Shown here piece after piece: positions 16,138 through 25,159 of a stretch of 64,000 bases of DNA. Made by a program: the position numbers and the translations under genes. The stretch comes from an uncultured Spirochaetales bacterium (lineage in GTDB: Bacteria; Myxococcota_A; UBA9160; SMWR01): positions 6,389-70,388 of the forward strand of contig CAZZFT010000010.1 of assembly GCA_964653555.1 (NCBI GenBank), given 5' to 3'. A model generated the notes under the pieces. It did no database searches and had not been told where the DNA came from. It worked only from the letters and a program-made list of their open reading frames with translations. The first letter of the stretch is position 1; every line of letters starts with the position of its first letter.

Positions 16138-19100
16138 CTAGTCCCGCACGGTGTCCCTGCGCAGCGAGAACACCTCGTGCAGCTCCTCGTTGGAGAGCTC
16201 GGTGATCCACTGCTCGCCGGTTCCGACGATGTCCTCGGCGATCGATCGCTTGCTCTCGATCATCTCGTCGATCCGCTCCTCCAGCGTGCCGACGCACACG
16301 AACTTGTGAACCTGCACGTTGCGGCTCTGGCCGATCCGGAACGCGCGGTCGGTGGCCTGGTTCTCCACGGCCGGGTTCCACCAGCGGTCGAAGTGGAAGA
16401 CGTGGTTGGCGCCGGTGAGGTTGAGGCCGATGCCACCGGCCTTCAGGGAGAGCACGAATACGGGCGGCGCGTCGGAACCACCCGCCTGGAAGCGCTCGAC
16501 CATCGCGTCACGCCGCTTCTTGGGCGTACCGCCGTGGAGGAAGAAGATCTCGCGGCCCAGCTGGTCCTGGAGGTGTTCCTGAAGGAGCTTCCCCATCTCG
16601 GCGAACTGGGTGAACACCAGCGAGCGGTCCCCCGCCTGGGTCACCTCTTCGATCATCTCTCCGAGTCGGATCAGCTTTCCCGACCTCCTGCCGAGCTCGG
16701 AGCCGTCGCCCAGGTAGTGGGCCGGGTGATTGCACACCTGCTTCAGCTTCGAAAGCGTCGCCAGGATCACACCGCGCCGCTCGATGCCCTCGGCGTCCTT
16801 GAGCTTGCGCTCCGCCTCTTCCACCACCTGTTCGTAGAGCGCGCCCTGCTCGCCGGTGAGCGCGCAGAACACCTTCATCTCGAGCTTGTCGGGCAGGTCC
16901 GAGATGATGGAGCGGTCGGTCTTCAGGCGGCGCAGGATGAAGGGCTGGGTGATGTGGGAGAGCTGCTCCACCGCGTCCGGATCGCGGTAGGCCTGGATCG
17001 GCACCAGGAACTCCCGGCGGAACTGCTCCTGCGTGCCGAGGAACTCGGGGTTGAGGAAGTCCATGATCGACCACAGGTCACCCACGTGATTCTCGACGGG
17101 CGTGCCGGTGAGGGCGATGCGGTAGTCGGACATCACCGCGCGCACCGCCATCGACTGCTTCGTGTCCGGATTCTTGATGTTCTGGGCCTCGTCGAGGATG
17201 ACGCCCGCCCAGCGCATCGAGCGCAGGTCCTCGATGTCGCGGTGGACGAGGGCGTAGCTCGTGAACACGACGGCGTGGTCCTGGGCCTCGGCGACGAACT
17301 CGTATCCCTTCTTCCGCTGGGGGCCGTGGTGGATCATCGTCCGCAGCTTCGGAGTGAAGCGCGCCGCCTCGCGTTCCCAATTGGCCAGCACGGAGGTCGG
17401 GCATACCAGCAGCGCGGGGCGGTCTTCGCCCTTGATCCGCTCGCGTTCGATCAGCGCCAGCGTCTGGATCGTCTTGCCCAGGCCCATGTCGTCAGCGAGG
17501 CACGCCCCGAGCTCCCAGCGCCGCAGGAACTCGAGCCAGGCGAAGCCCTTCTCCTGGTAGGCTCGCAGCTCGCCGACGAAGCCGGGCGGGGTGGACAGGG
17601 GCTCGATCGCGCTCTTGTCCTGGAGCCGCTCGAGGAGGGCGCCGAGCCACCCCGTCGCCTGGACGCCGGCGAAGTGGATGCCCGCCGAGGAATCGGCGGC
17701 GCCGAGCGCCATGCGCACGATCTCGCGCGCGGTCACTTCGCCTCCACGCCGGTTCTTGTAGAACTCGAGCGCGGCGTGGATCTCCTCCACGCTCGTCTGC
17801 ACCCAGTGGCACCGGACGCGCTGTAGCGGCTCCTTGAGCCGCGCGAGGTCCTCGAGGTCGCGTCCCGAGAGCGGGTTGCCGGCGAGACACACCTCCCAGT
17901 CGAAGGAGACGAAGTCGTCGAGCCGGGGCTCGTTCTCCATCTCGTGGTGCTCGGCGGTCCGAACCCGCGCGCGCACCGAGAGGTGGTGCTCGGTCTCGTT
18001 GCCCTTCCACCAATCGGGCAGGATCGTCCCGAAGCCCGCCTGCTGGAGTGCCGGAGCGGTCTGGGTCAGGAACTCGTGGGCGCCGCGCGCGTCGAGGGAG
18101 TAGCCCGAGGGCTTGCGCGAGCGGAGGCTCATCTCGATCTTCGGACACACGCCCGAGGCCTGGGCCAGCGAGATCAGCAGCGTCTGGTGCACGTCGTATC
18201 CCGACCGCTGCAGGGAGGCAGCCTTGCGGCCGCGCAGGATCCACGCGTCGGCCGTGGGGACCAGCAGCGTCGGGTCGTCGGTTCCCTGGAGCAGGTAGCG
18301 CACGTACCAGCGCCGTTGACCCGGTCGCGCCGCTTCGCGCATGCGCGCCTTCCCGTTGCGCCGCCCGTGCTTGCGGGCGCGCGGATCCTCCTTCGGCGGC
18401 GCGGGCTCCTCGAGGCGGAAGCACAGGCGGAACGGCGCGCCTACCGCGACGTCGAGCGGCTTGCGCCACTCCCGGATCTGCTCGGAGAGATCCTCGAGCT
18501 CGGCGTCCTTGCTCTTGATCGCAGTCTGTTGGGAGCGCAGCGCGGCCAGCCAGCGGTCGTGCACCGTGCCGTCCGGGACCTCGCCGGCGAACAGGCTCGG
18601 GCTCACCGAGACGGCACCGTCCTCCGCGTCGGGCTCCTGATGGGAGCGGACGATCTGGTCCACGAGCTGTTCGACGAAGCGCTTGAGCAGCGTGACCGCG
18701 GCCTGCTGCGGAACCGACTCCCCGTTGAGAACCAAGGCGCGCGCCGCGGCAGGCATCGCGGCGGCGAGCCGTTCCAGGTATTCCCGGTCCTCGGTGATCC
18801 AGACCACTTGCCAGCAGGCGTGCAGCTTGCCGTCCTCGTCGAAGCGCGTACCGGGGAGATAGCGCTGGCGCGCGACCAGGGAGCCGGCCAGGCGGACGGC
18901 GCGGATCCAGAAGCGGAGATCCGGTCCCCCGAGCACTCCGTGGAGTCCATCGCCGCGCTGGCCGTAGGCGGAGAGCAGGTCGAGAGCCTCGCTCGGGTCC
19001 AGCGAGATCCCCTCCACCCGCCAGGGTGCGTGCACGGGGGGCTCGTCCGAGTCGGGGGTCTCGCCGATCAGCGTGCTCGAGGGCAGCGGCTGGGTCCCGC

Positions 19101-19320
19101 AGGTCGGGAGCCAGGCCGTGGCCTGGGCCTTGCGTCTCGCCGTGGGTCGAAATCCGATCGGCAGCTCGCGGGCAGCCCGAGTCACCGCCTCTGCACCGGC
19201 GTCGTAGGGATAGGGCCGAGCGCCCTTCCGCTGGCTCTTGCTCGGCGTCGCACCTTCGGCCGGTGACTCTCCCCAGAGGAAGAGCGCGCCGTCCAGGAAC
19301 GCGCCGTGCAGGATGATCAT
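16138..19320 (-). CDS. SNF2-family DEAD/DEAH-box helicase with N-terminal SNF2-associated domain (HelZ/RapA-like)
   Basis: 1060 aa from the ATG at 19320 ('MIILHGAFLDG...'). Helicase motifs present: 'LADDMGLGKTIQ' (I), 'ILDEAQNIKN' (II), 'LTGTPVENH' (III) and 'GGIGLNLTGANHVFHFDRWWNPAVENQATDRAFRIGQ' (V/VI). The 107-codon upstream extension in the track is Arg-rich and not credible. Confidence 0.9.
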   Translation of the reverse strand: MIILHGAFLDGALFLWGESPAEGATPSKSQRKGARPYPYDAGAEAVTRAARELPIGFRPTARRKAQATAWLPTCGTQPLPSSTLIGETPDSDEPPVHAPWRVEGISLDPSEALDLLSAYGQRGDGLHGVLGGPDLRFWIRAVRLAGSLVARQRYLPGTRFDEDGKLHACWQVVWITEDREYLERLAAAMPAAARALVLNGESVPQQAAVTLLKRFVEQLVDQIVRSHQEPDAEDGAVSVSPSLFAGEVPDGTVHDRWLAALRSQQTAIKSKDAELEDLSEQIREWRKPLDVAVGAPFRLCFRLEEPAPPKEDPRARKHGRRNGKARMREAARPGQRRWYVRYLLQGTDDPTLLVPTADAWILRGRKAASLQRSGYDVHQTLLISLAQASGVCPKIEMSLRSRKPSGYSLDARGAHEFLTQTAPALQQAGFGTILPDWWKGNETEHHLSVRARVRTAEHHEMENEPRLDDFVSFDWEVCLAGNPLSGRDLEDLARLKEPLQRVRCHWVQTSVEEIHAALEFYKNRRGGEVTAREIVRMALGAADSSAGIHFAGVQATGWLGALLERLQDKSAIEPLSTPPGFVGELRAYQEKGFAWLEFLRRWELGACLADDMGLGKTIQTLALIERERIKGEDRPALLVCPTSVLANWEREAARFTPKLRTMIHHGPQRKKGYEFVAEAQDHAVVFTSYALVHRDIEDLRSMRWAGVILDEAQNIKNPDTKQSMAVRAVMSDYRIALTGTPVENHVGDLWSIMDFLNPEFLGTQEQFRREFLVPIQAYRDPDAVEQLSHITQPFILRRLKTDRSIISDLPDKLEMKVFCALTGEQGALYEQVVEEAERKLKDAEGIERRGVILATLSKLKQVCNHPAHYLGDGSELGRRSGKLIRLGEMIEEVTQAGDRSLVFTQFAEMGKLLQEHLQDQLGREIFFLHGGTPKKRRDAMVERFQAGGSDAPPVFVLSLKAGGIGLNLTGANHVFHFDRWWNPAVENQATDRAFRIGQSRNVQVHKFVCVGTLEERIDEMIESKRSIAEDIVGTGEQWITELSNEELHEVFSLRRDTVRD

Positions 19321-20008
19321 TGCGCTTTCTGCTCTCCTCGAGCGCGGCGTACGCGAAGCACCTTCTCCGAGGCGCGGTCGCCGGCCGGTCCGCACCGGAC
19401 TCGGTGCAGGAGCCGGATGGCGGCGCTCTGCCGCTGCGGTCGTCGCGAGCGCGTCTCTCGCTCGCGATCCGCCGTTCTTGCCTGTCTCGACGTCAATCCT
19501 TCGACGTTCGGGAGACTCTCCGTCTTCTCGCTCTCGCCACCTGGCAGGCGCGGTGGCGCAGATCGTCGGCGTGGGGCGCGACCCGCTCCGAACGTCGCCT
19601 CCCGGTTCCCGGGATGTCCCCGGGAGCTCCGGGGACCGCATTCGGAGGGCGAGCTCGCGCGGTTGCTACACGCCCTTCAGCTCTCAGCCAGCTCTAAGCT
19701 CGATCAGCCTCGGCATCGGAAGCTGCGCGGATCGCCTCGGGGCCGCGGCCGATCCATGCGGTGATGCCCAGCGGCGAGTATCAGGAAGAGCGTCTGCTCC
19801 GTGCAGAAGGTGCTCGCCGAATCCCTCGCCTGGGCAAGAGTGAACACGATCGGGGTGGGATTTCGCAACCCCCAAAATGCCGGGGGCGGCAGAGTGTCCC
19901 CCGGACGGCGATCCGCCCGGACCTCGGGCTCGCCTGTCCCGACCGCTCTTGACGGCCCGCCGCGGCGAGATCTGTAGCGCCAGGTCGCGCCGCGGCGTCG
20001 CCTTCGGG

Positions 20009-20566
20009 TCAGCGCGACAGCCCCCGCTCGTCCTGGAGCAGGCGTTCCAGGCGCACACGTGCCCGCTCGAAGGGATCCCGGATCGCGGTGTCGCGGGCTG
20101 CGCGGCCAGCGAGGAGGAAGTAGCTGCTCTGGACCAGGAAGTAGCCCCAGAACGCCAGGCAGATCGAGAGCAGGCCGCCCGCCGCCAGGGAGCGGGCCAC
20201 CCCGAGGCCGGCGAGGCCGAGGGCCGCCTCCACCATCGCCGCGCGTAGCGGGCGCGACCCGCCGAGCAGGGCGCCTCGGCCGCAGGCGACGATCGCCGCC
20301 GCCCCCACCGCGGCGCCCGGGAGGCCCGGCGTCCCGAGCGCGACCCCGATTCCGGCCAGGCCCGTCAGCGCGAGCGCCGCCATCCGGGTGCGGTGGTTCG
20401 CGGCCAGGCCCGCCGTGTACGCGATCGCCGCAGCGATCGCGTACAGGCGCACGGCGGCGGGGCCCCCCATCAAGGGGGATGCGAACGTCACCACCACGGG
20501 CAGGAACGCCGCGGTGGCGGCCGCGAAGACCAGCGAGCGTCGGAAGCCGTCCCGGCGCGACATCAC
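20009..20566 (-). CDS. polytopic membrane protein of unknown function, translationally coupled to the PspA-like gene
   Basis: 185 aa. Has 4-5 Ala/Gly/Leu-rich hydrophobic segments and a charged C-terminal tail 'RDPFERARVRLERLLQDE'. Its ATG overlaps the upstream stop (ATGA at 20563-20566). Confidence 0.6.
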   Translation of the reverse strand: MMSRRDGFRRSLVFAAATAAFLPVVVTFASPLMGGPAAVRLYAIAAAIAYTAGLAANHRTRMAALALTGLAGIGVALGTPGLPGAAVGAAAIVACGRGALLGGSRPLRAAMVEAALGLAGLGVARSLAAGGLLSICLAFWGYFLVQSSYFLLAGRAARDTAIRDPFERARVRLERLLQDERGLSR

Positions 20567-21093
20567 CGACCCTCCGCGTGGGTGCGCCGGCGCAGCAGCT
20601 CGAGCTCGACCTCCTCCTCAGCCACGGTCGCGGGTCGCGAGAACACCTCGCTCTCCTCGACGCGGGCGGCCGCGATCCGGGTGCCGACCCGGGCGCGCAG
20701 CTCCTCGAGCTGACGCTCCTGAGCGGCTTGCTTCTCGGCCAGCCGCTCTCGCAGTCCCTCGAGCTCGGTGAGACGCCGCCGGGCGGCCTCGGCCGCGCGC
20801 CGGATCGGGAGCAGCTTGCGCACCGAGAAGCGCGCCAGCTCCTCCTGACCGCCGGAGATCGCGAGCTCGACGTCCGCATCGAGAGAGCCGGCCTCGCGCT
20901 CGAGCCGCTCGGCGTGCTCGACGAGACGCCGCGACTCCTCCGCGATCGCCTCCAGTCGCGCGCGCTTGCGATCGAGCTCGAGCTCGGCCTCGCGCAGGTG
21001 CTGCTTCGCGAGCAGCGTGCGCTCCTCGAGCTGCTCGAGCATGCCGTGGGCGTCCGCCTTCACCAGCAGACCCAGTCGTTCCATGAATCGCAT
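20563..21093 (-). CDS. PspA/IM30-family (phage shock protein A-like) coiled-coil protein, short form
   Basis: 176 aa with the strong RBS 'AAGGAGAAcccccATG'. The N-terminus 'MRFMERLGLLVKADAHGMLEQLEE' resembles the PspA N-terminal amphipathic helix. The rest is heptad-like and Glu/Arg/Leu-rich. Confidence 0.7.
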   Translation of the reverse strand: MRFMERLGLLVKADAHGMLEQLEERTLLAKQHLREAELELDRKRARLEAIAEESRRLVEHAERLEREAGSLDADVELAISGGQEELARFSVRKLLPIRRAAEAARRRLTELEGLRERLAEKQAAQERQLEELRARVGTRIAAARVEESEVFSRPATVAEEEVELELLRRRTHAEGR

Positions 21094-21248
21094 GGGGGTT
21101 CTCCTTGAGGGGTGGTTTCCGGGGGGAGGGTCTCGGCTCGGCGCTTCTCCGAGCCGCCGCGGCGCGGCCGTCCGTCGGTCGCCGCGATCCAGTGTCGGCG
21201 AGGCGGTGGCGCCCGGCCGTCAAGGCGGGGTAAAGACCCGGACCGAGC

Positions 21249-21270
21249 GGTTTACGTTCGCTTTACGGCG
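21249..21270 (+). promoter_or_regulatory. tandem 11-bp direct repeat (GGTTTACGTTC / GCTTTACGGCG), candidate OmpR-family response-regulator box
   Basis: TTTACG occurs at 21251-21256 and again exactly 11 bp later at 21262-21267, in the divergent pspA-like / response-regulator intergenic region. A TAGACT -10-like hexamer at 21289-21294 would place the transcription start at about the ATG (21302). That fits the absence of an SD and suggests a possibly leaderless mRNA. Confidence 0.3.
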
Positions 21271-21301
21271 GGTCGGGAGGTCGCGATCTAGACTGGCCGC
21301 G

Positions 21302-22000
21302 ATGTCGAAGCGCGCTCCCGCGGTGCTCGTCGTCGAGGACGAGGAAGCGATCCGAAGGGGTCTGTGCGACGTGCTGGCCTTCCGGGGTTATGCGCCGGAG
21401 GGCGTCGAGCGCGGAGACGACGGGCTGGACCGGGGACTCTCCCGGGAGCACGCGTTGGTGCTGCTCGACGTGATGCTTCCGGGCAAGAGCGGCATCGACG
21501 TCTGCCGGGAGCTGCGCAGCGCTCTGCCCGAGCTGCCGATCCTGATGCTCACCGCGCGAGGCGCCGAGGAGGACGTTCTCGAGGGGTTCCGAGCGGGGGC
21601 CGACGACTACGTCACGAAGCCCTTCTCGGTGGCGGAGCTGCTGGCCCGGGTCGAAGCGCTGCTGCGCAGGAGCGGGGCGCGGGTGCACGACGAAGAGGGT
21701 CCTCCTTTCGATTTCGGGCCCTGGCAGGTCGATCGCCGCACCCGGACTGCGCGGCGCGGCGAGCAGAGCGTGGAGCTCACCCAGCTCGAAGCCGCCCTGG
21801 CCGCCCTCTTCGCGGGAGAGCGGGGGCGGATCCTCTCCCGCCGTCGACTGCTGCGGGAGGTCTGGGAGATCGCCCATCCCGATCGGGTCGAGACGCGCAC
21901 CGTCGACATGCACGTGTCGAAGCTGCGCAAGAAGCTCTGCTCCGCGGGCGAGGCGCTGATCCAGACCGTGCGGGGCGAAGGCTACCGCTTCACGGCATGA
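21302..22000 (+). CDS. OmpR/PhoB-family response regulator
   Basis: 232 aa. Receiver domain 'VLVVEDEE...LVLLDVMLPG...DDYVTKPF'. Winged-helix output 'LTQLEAALAALF...TVDMHVSKLRKKL...IQTVRGEGYRF'. Confidence 0.92.
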   Translation: MSKRAPAVLVVEDEEAIRRGLCDVLAFRGYAPEGVERGDDGLDRGLSREHALVLLDVMLPGKSGIDVCRELRSALPELPILMLTARGAEEDVLEGFRAGADDYVTKPFSVAELLARVEALLRRSGARVHDEEGPPFDFGPWQVDRRTRTARRGEQSVELTQLEAALAALFAGERGRILSRRRLLREVWEIAHPDRVETRTVDMHVSKLRKKLCSAGEALIQTVRGEGYRFTA

Positions 22001-24066
22001 GGCGGATCCGCCTCGCGCTGCTCCTCGTCTCGGCGGCGACGCTCGCCGTCGTGGGTGTGCTCGCCTGGCGCGCGAACCAGGGGTTCGCCGCCGAGCGCGC
22101 GATGCGACACCAGGCGGTGGCGGAGCGCGCCTTCGAGGAGATGGAACGCGCCCTGGGCGACTTCCTGGCGCGCGAGGAGGCCAGACCCTTCGAGGACTAC
22201 GCCTTCTATCTGCCGGTGAGCGGCGAGCGATCCCCGCTAGCGCATCCTTCCGAGCCTTTCGTCATCGGTGCTTTCCAGGTGGATCCGGAAGGGGTGGTGA
22301 CGACGCCGCTCGAGCCCGAAGACGATGCGACGGCGCGGCAGCGCGGCGACTGGCCGCCGGACGACCGCGCGCGCGCCTCCGCCGCCCGTGTGCGCAGCGC
22401 GGTGGCTGGACTGTGGCCTTCTCGCCCGGGCGCGCTCCAGGAGACGGACGCCGTCGCGCGCGCGGACGCGGAGGCCCTCGGTCGCCGCGCCGGCGGGCCC
22501 GACGCGGAGGCGGTGGTCGAACCCTCGACACCGCCCGGCAGTCAGGCTCCCGGAACGACGCGCGTCGTCTCCGGGCCAGGGTTCGACGCGCGGGAGATCG
22601 ATCGCGATCGGTCGTCGCTCGCGAAGGGGGAGGCGCAGAGCGCCTTCGACGTGCTCGAGAGCCTGAACCGCTCGACGGAGGAGCGCCGGGAGCGCAAGCA
22701 GAAGGTGGCTCGAGCCCCCTACTCGGCTCTCTACGGCAGCTCGAGCCAGGCGGCCGGATCCCTCGCCTCCGAGGCCGAGGGCCCTCTCGCCCCGCTGCCG
22801 ACCGTGGCGCCGCCGGAGCTCGCGCTCTCCGACCGGGCGGTCGCGCCCGCCCTTCGCGCCGCCCCCGGGAGCCCGACCCCGGCTCCCCAACGGCGGCCGT
22901 TCACCGTCACCGAAGACAAGGCGCGGTCCGTCGCCGAGCCGAAGCGCGCGAGCCGGGAGCTGCGGGTCGCGATCGACCCGATGGTCGGAGTCGCCCACGG
23001 CGAGGGAGAGCTCGTCCTCTACCGCACGGTGCTGGTCGACCGGAGCGGCTATCGCCAGGGTCTCGTGATCGACCGCGCTGCCCTGGGCGCCTGGCTCGAC
23101 GAACGCGTGATCGACCAGACCGAGCTCGGCGACGTGGCGACGCTCTCCTTCGGGGGCGATCGGGCGGGAGCGGCGGCAGGCGATTGCTACGTCTTCGCCC
23201 ATCGCTTCGCCGAGCCCTTCGACGCGCTCCAGGCCCGGCTCCAGCTCGCTCCGCTTCCCGGCGCGGGATCTCCCGGTGCCCTGTACGCACTCGTCGCGCT
23301 GCTGCTCGCTCTCGGAGCGGCGGGTCTCTATGCCGTGCACCGCACGGTGGCCGTCGCGGTGCAGTACGCCGAGCGGCGGAGCAACTTCGTCGCCGCCGTC
23401 ACCCACGAGCTGAAGACCCCCCTCACGTCGATCCGGATGTACGCCGAGATGCTGCGCGACGGACTCGTCTCGGGTACCTACAAGCGACAGGAGTACTACG
23501 ACACGATCACCGACGAGTCCGAGCGCCTCTCCCGGCTGGTCGACAACGTGCTCGAGTTCTCGAAGCTCGAGGGCGGCCGCGGGGAGCTGGCCACCACGGT
23601 CGGCTCCGTGGGTCCGGTGCTCGAGGAGGCCGCCGAGAAGCTCGCTGCCCACGCGAAGCGCGAGGGCTTCTCCCTCGAAGTGCGCCTGGCGCCCGAGCTC
23701 CCGGTCGTGCGCTTCGACCGGGACGCGCTGCTCCAGGTGCTCTTCAACCTGGTCGACAACGCGATGAAGTACGCGAGGTCCTCCGAACGGCGCATCGTCG
23801 AGCTGGAGGCGATCCGTCACGGAGACGCGGTCACCGTCGCCGTCCGGGACTTCGGTCCCGGGGTTTCGCGCTCCCACCTCGATCGCGTGTTCGATCCCTT
23901 CTACCGCGGCGAGTCGGAGCTCACACGGACGACGAAGGGGACGGGAATCGGACTGGCGCTGGTGAAGGAGCTGGCCGAACGAATGGGCGCGGCGGTGAGT
24001 GGGGCCAACGCCGACGGCGGCGGGTTCCAGGTGCGTCTCGTCTTTCCGATCGAGGGCGTCGCCTAG
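21997..24066 (+). CDS. sensor histidine kinase with ~400-aa extracytoplasmic region
   Basis: 689 aa. The ATG overlaps the regulator stop (ATGA). TM1 is 'IRLALLLVSAATLAVVGVLAW' and TM2 is 'ALYALVALLLALGAAGLYAV'. H-box 'VTHELKTPLTSI', N-box 'LVDNAMKY', G-boxes 'RDFGPGV' and 'GTGIGLALV'. No recognisable HAMP between TM2 and the H-box. Confidence 0.9.
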   Translation: MRRIRLALLLVSAATLAVVGVLAWRANQGFAAERAMRHQAVAERAFEEMERALGDFLAREEARPFEDYAFYLPVSGERSPLAHPSEPFVIGAFQVDPEGVVTTPLEPEDDATARQRGDWPPDDRARASAARVRSAVAGLWPSRPGALQETDAVARADAEALGRRAGGPDAEAVVEPSTPPGSQAPGTTRVVSGPGFDAREIDRDRSSLAKGEAQSAFDVLESLNRSTEERRERKQKVARAPYSALYGSSSQAAGSLASEAEGPLAPLPTVAPPELALSDRAVAPALRAAPGSPTPAPQRRPFTVTEDKARSVAEPKRASRELRVAIDPMVGVAHGEGELVLYRTVLVDRSGYRQGLVIDRAALGAWLDERVIDQTELGDVATLSFGGDRAGAAAGDCYVFAHRFAEPFDALQARLQLAPLPGAGSPGALYALVALLLALGAAGLYAVHRTVAVAVQYAERRSNFVAAVTHELKTPLTSIRMYAEMLRDGLVSGTYKRQEYYDTITDESERLSRLVDNVLEFSKLEGGRGELATTVGSVGPVLEEAAEKLAAHAKREGFSLEVRLAPELPVVRFDRDALLQVLFNLVDNAMKYARSSERRIVELEAIRHGDAVTVAVRDFGPGVSRSHLDRVFDPFYRGESELTRTTKGTGIGLALVKELAERMGAAVSGANADGGGFQVRLVFPIEGVA

Positions 24067-24074
24067 GCCACCGC

Positions 24075-25106
24075 TCAGAGGGGCTCGACGAGGGGATCGT
24101 TGAGGTACTCCCGGAAGCTCTCGAGCGAGCTCTCGACGCGCTTGGGCGCGTCGAAGACGGCGACGTTGAACAGCGCGTCGCCCTCGTTCACCAGCGGGAG
24201 CTCGCTGCGGCCGATCACGATGCCCGCGCGCTCCGCGAGCACCGGGATCTCCTCCGCCCCGAGCGGGTCGCCGACGATGCCGAGGCGGTCGCCGACGGCC
24301 ACGGCCGCGCCCAGCTTCGCGCGCCCGCGCAGGATCCCGCTTCCGGGAGCGCGCACCCATTGGCTCGACTTGGCGATGAAGGGCTTCTCGCCCGGCCTCG
24401 AGGACGGCGCGGCGGGCAGCATGCGCAGGGCGCGCATCACGCGCATCACGCCGCGGAAGCCCGCCTGGATCGCCACCTCGTCGAAGCGCAGCGCCTCGCC
24501 GCCCTCGTAGAGCAGGATCGGGATCTCGCGCTCGAGCACCGCCTGGCGCAGGGAGCCGTCGCGCAGGTTGGAGTCGAGAACCACCGGGACGCCGAAGGCC
24601 CGAGCCAGGCGGTCCGTCTCCGGGTCCGCCAGGAAGGCGCGGATCTGCGGGAGGTTGGAGCGATGGACGGCCGCAGTGTGGATGTCGATGCCGTGGGTCG
24701 CGTGATCGACCACCTCGGAGACGAACAGATGGGCGAGCCGCGACGCGAGCGAGCCCCGGGGCGAGCCGGGAAACGAGCGATTCAGGTCGCGGCGGTCGGG
24801 CAGGTAGCGCGATAGGCCCACGAAGCCGTAGAGGTTGACGATCGGGACCGCGATCAGAGCCCCGCGCAGCCGACGCAGCACCCGCTGAGCGAGGACGCGC
24901 CGGATGATCTCGACACCGGCGATCTCGTCGCCGTGGATCGCCGCGCACACGAACAGACGCGGGCCGGGGGCGCTGCCGCGGATCACCTCGACGGGGAGAG
25001 AGATCTCGTTGCCGCTCACGCGTCGTCCCACCGGGATCTGGATCCGTTTGCGCTCGCCGGGAGCGACGGCGGTTCCGGCGATCACGAGCGGTGCCTCGTC
25101 GTTCAT
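24075..25106 (-). CDS. succinylglutamate desuccinylase/aspartoacylase (AstE/AspA) family zinc hydrolase
   Basis: 343 aa from the ATG at 25106. Has 'LFVCAAIHGDEIAG' (HxxE zinc motif), 'DLNRSFPG' and 'HGIDIHTA'. It is the tail of track ORF 24075..25859. Confidence 0.85.
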   Translation of the reverse strand: MNDEAPLVIAGTAVAPGERKRIQIPVGRRVSGNEISLPVEVIRGSAPGPRLFVCAAIHGDEIAGVEIIRRVLAQRVLRRLRGALIAVPIVNLYGFVGLSRYLPDRRDLNRSFPGSPRGSLASRLAHLFVSEVVDHATHGIDIHTAAVHRSNLPQIRAFLADPETDRLARAFGVPVVLDSNLRDGSLRQAVLEREIPILLYEGGEALRFDEVAIQAGFRGVMRVMRALRMLPAAPSSRPGEKPFIAKSSQWVRAPGSGILRGRAKLGAAVAVGDRLGIVGDPLGAEEIPVLAERAGIVIGRSELPLVNEGDALFNVAVFDAPKRVESSLESFREYLNDPLVEPL

Positions 25107-25159
25107 GGCGCCCGCATTCTCGCGCGTCGCTTCGCCGCTGTCGCCCGTCGGGTCCGCGC

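Noticed and set aside
13636-19320. Assigning the SNF2/SWIM operon to a named anti-phage system (DISARM, Zorya, BREX, Druantia)
   Set aside because: None of the obligatory partner genes is present in the neighbourhood: no methyltransferase, no DrmA/B/C, no ZorA/B/C, no PglZ/BrxC. SNF2+SWIM pairs also occur as conserved chromosomal genes. This is kept only as an open hypothesis in the findings.
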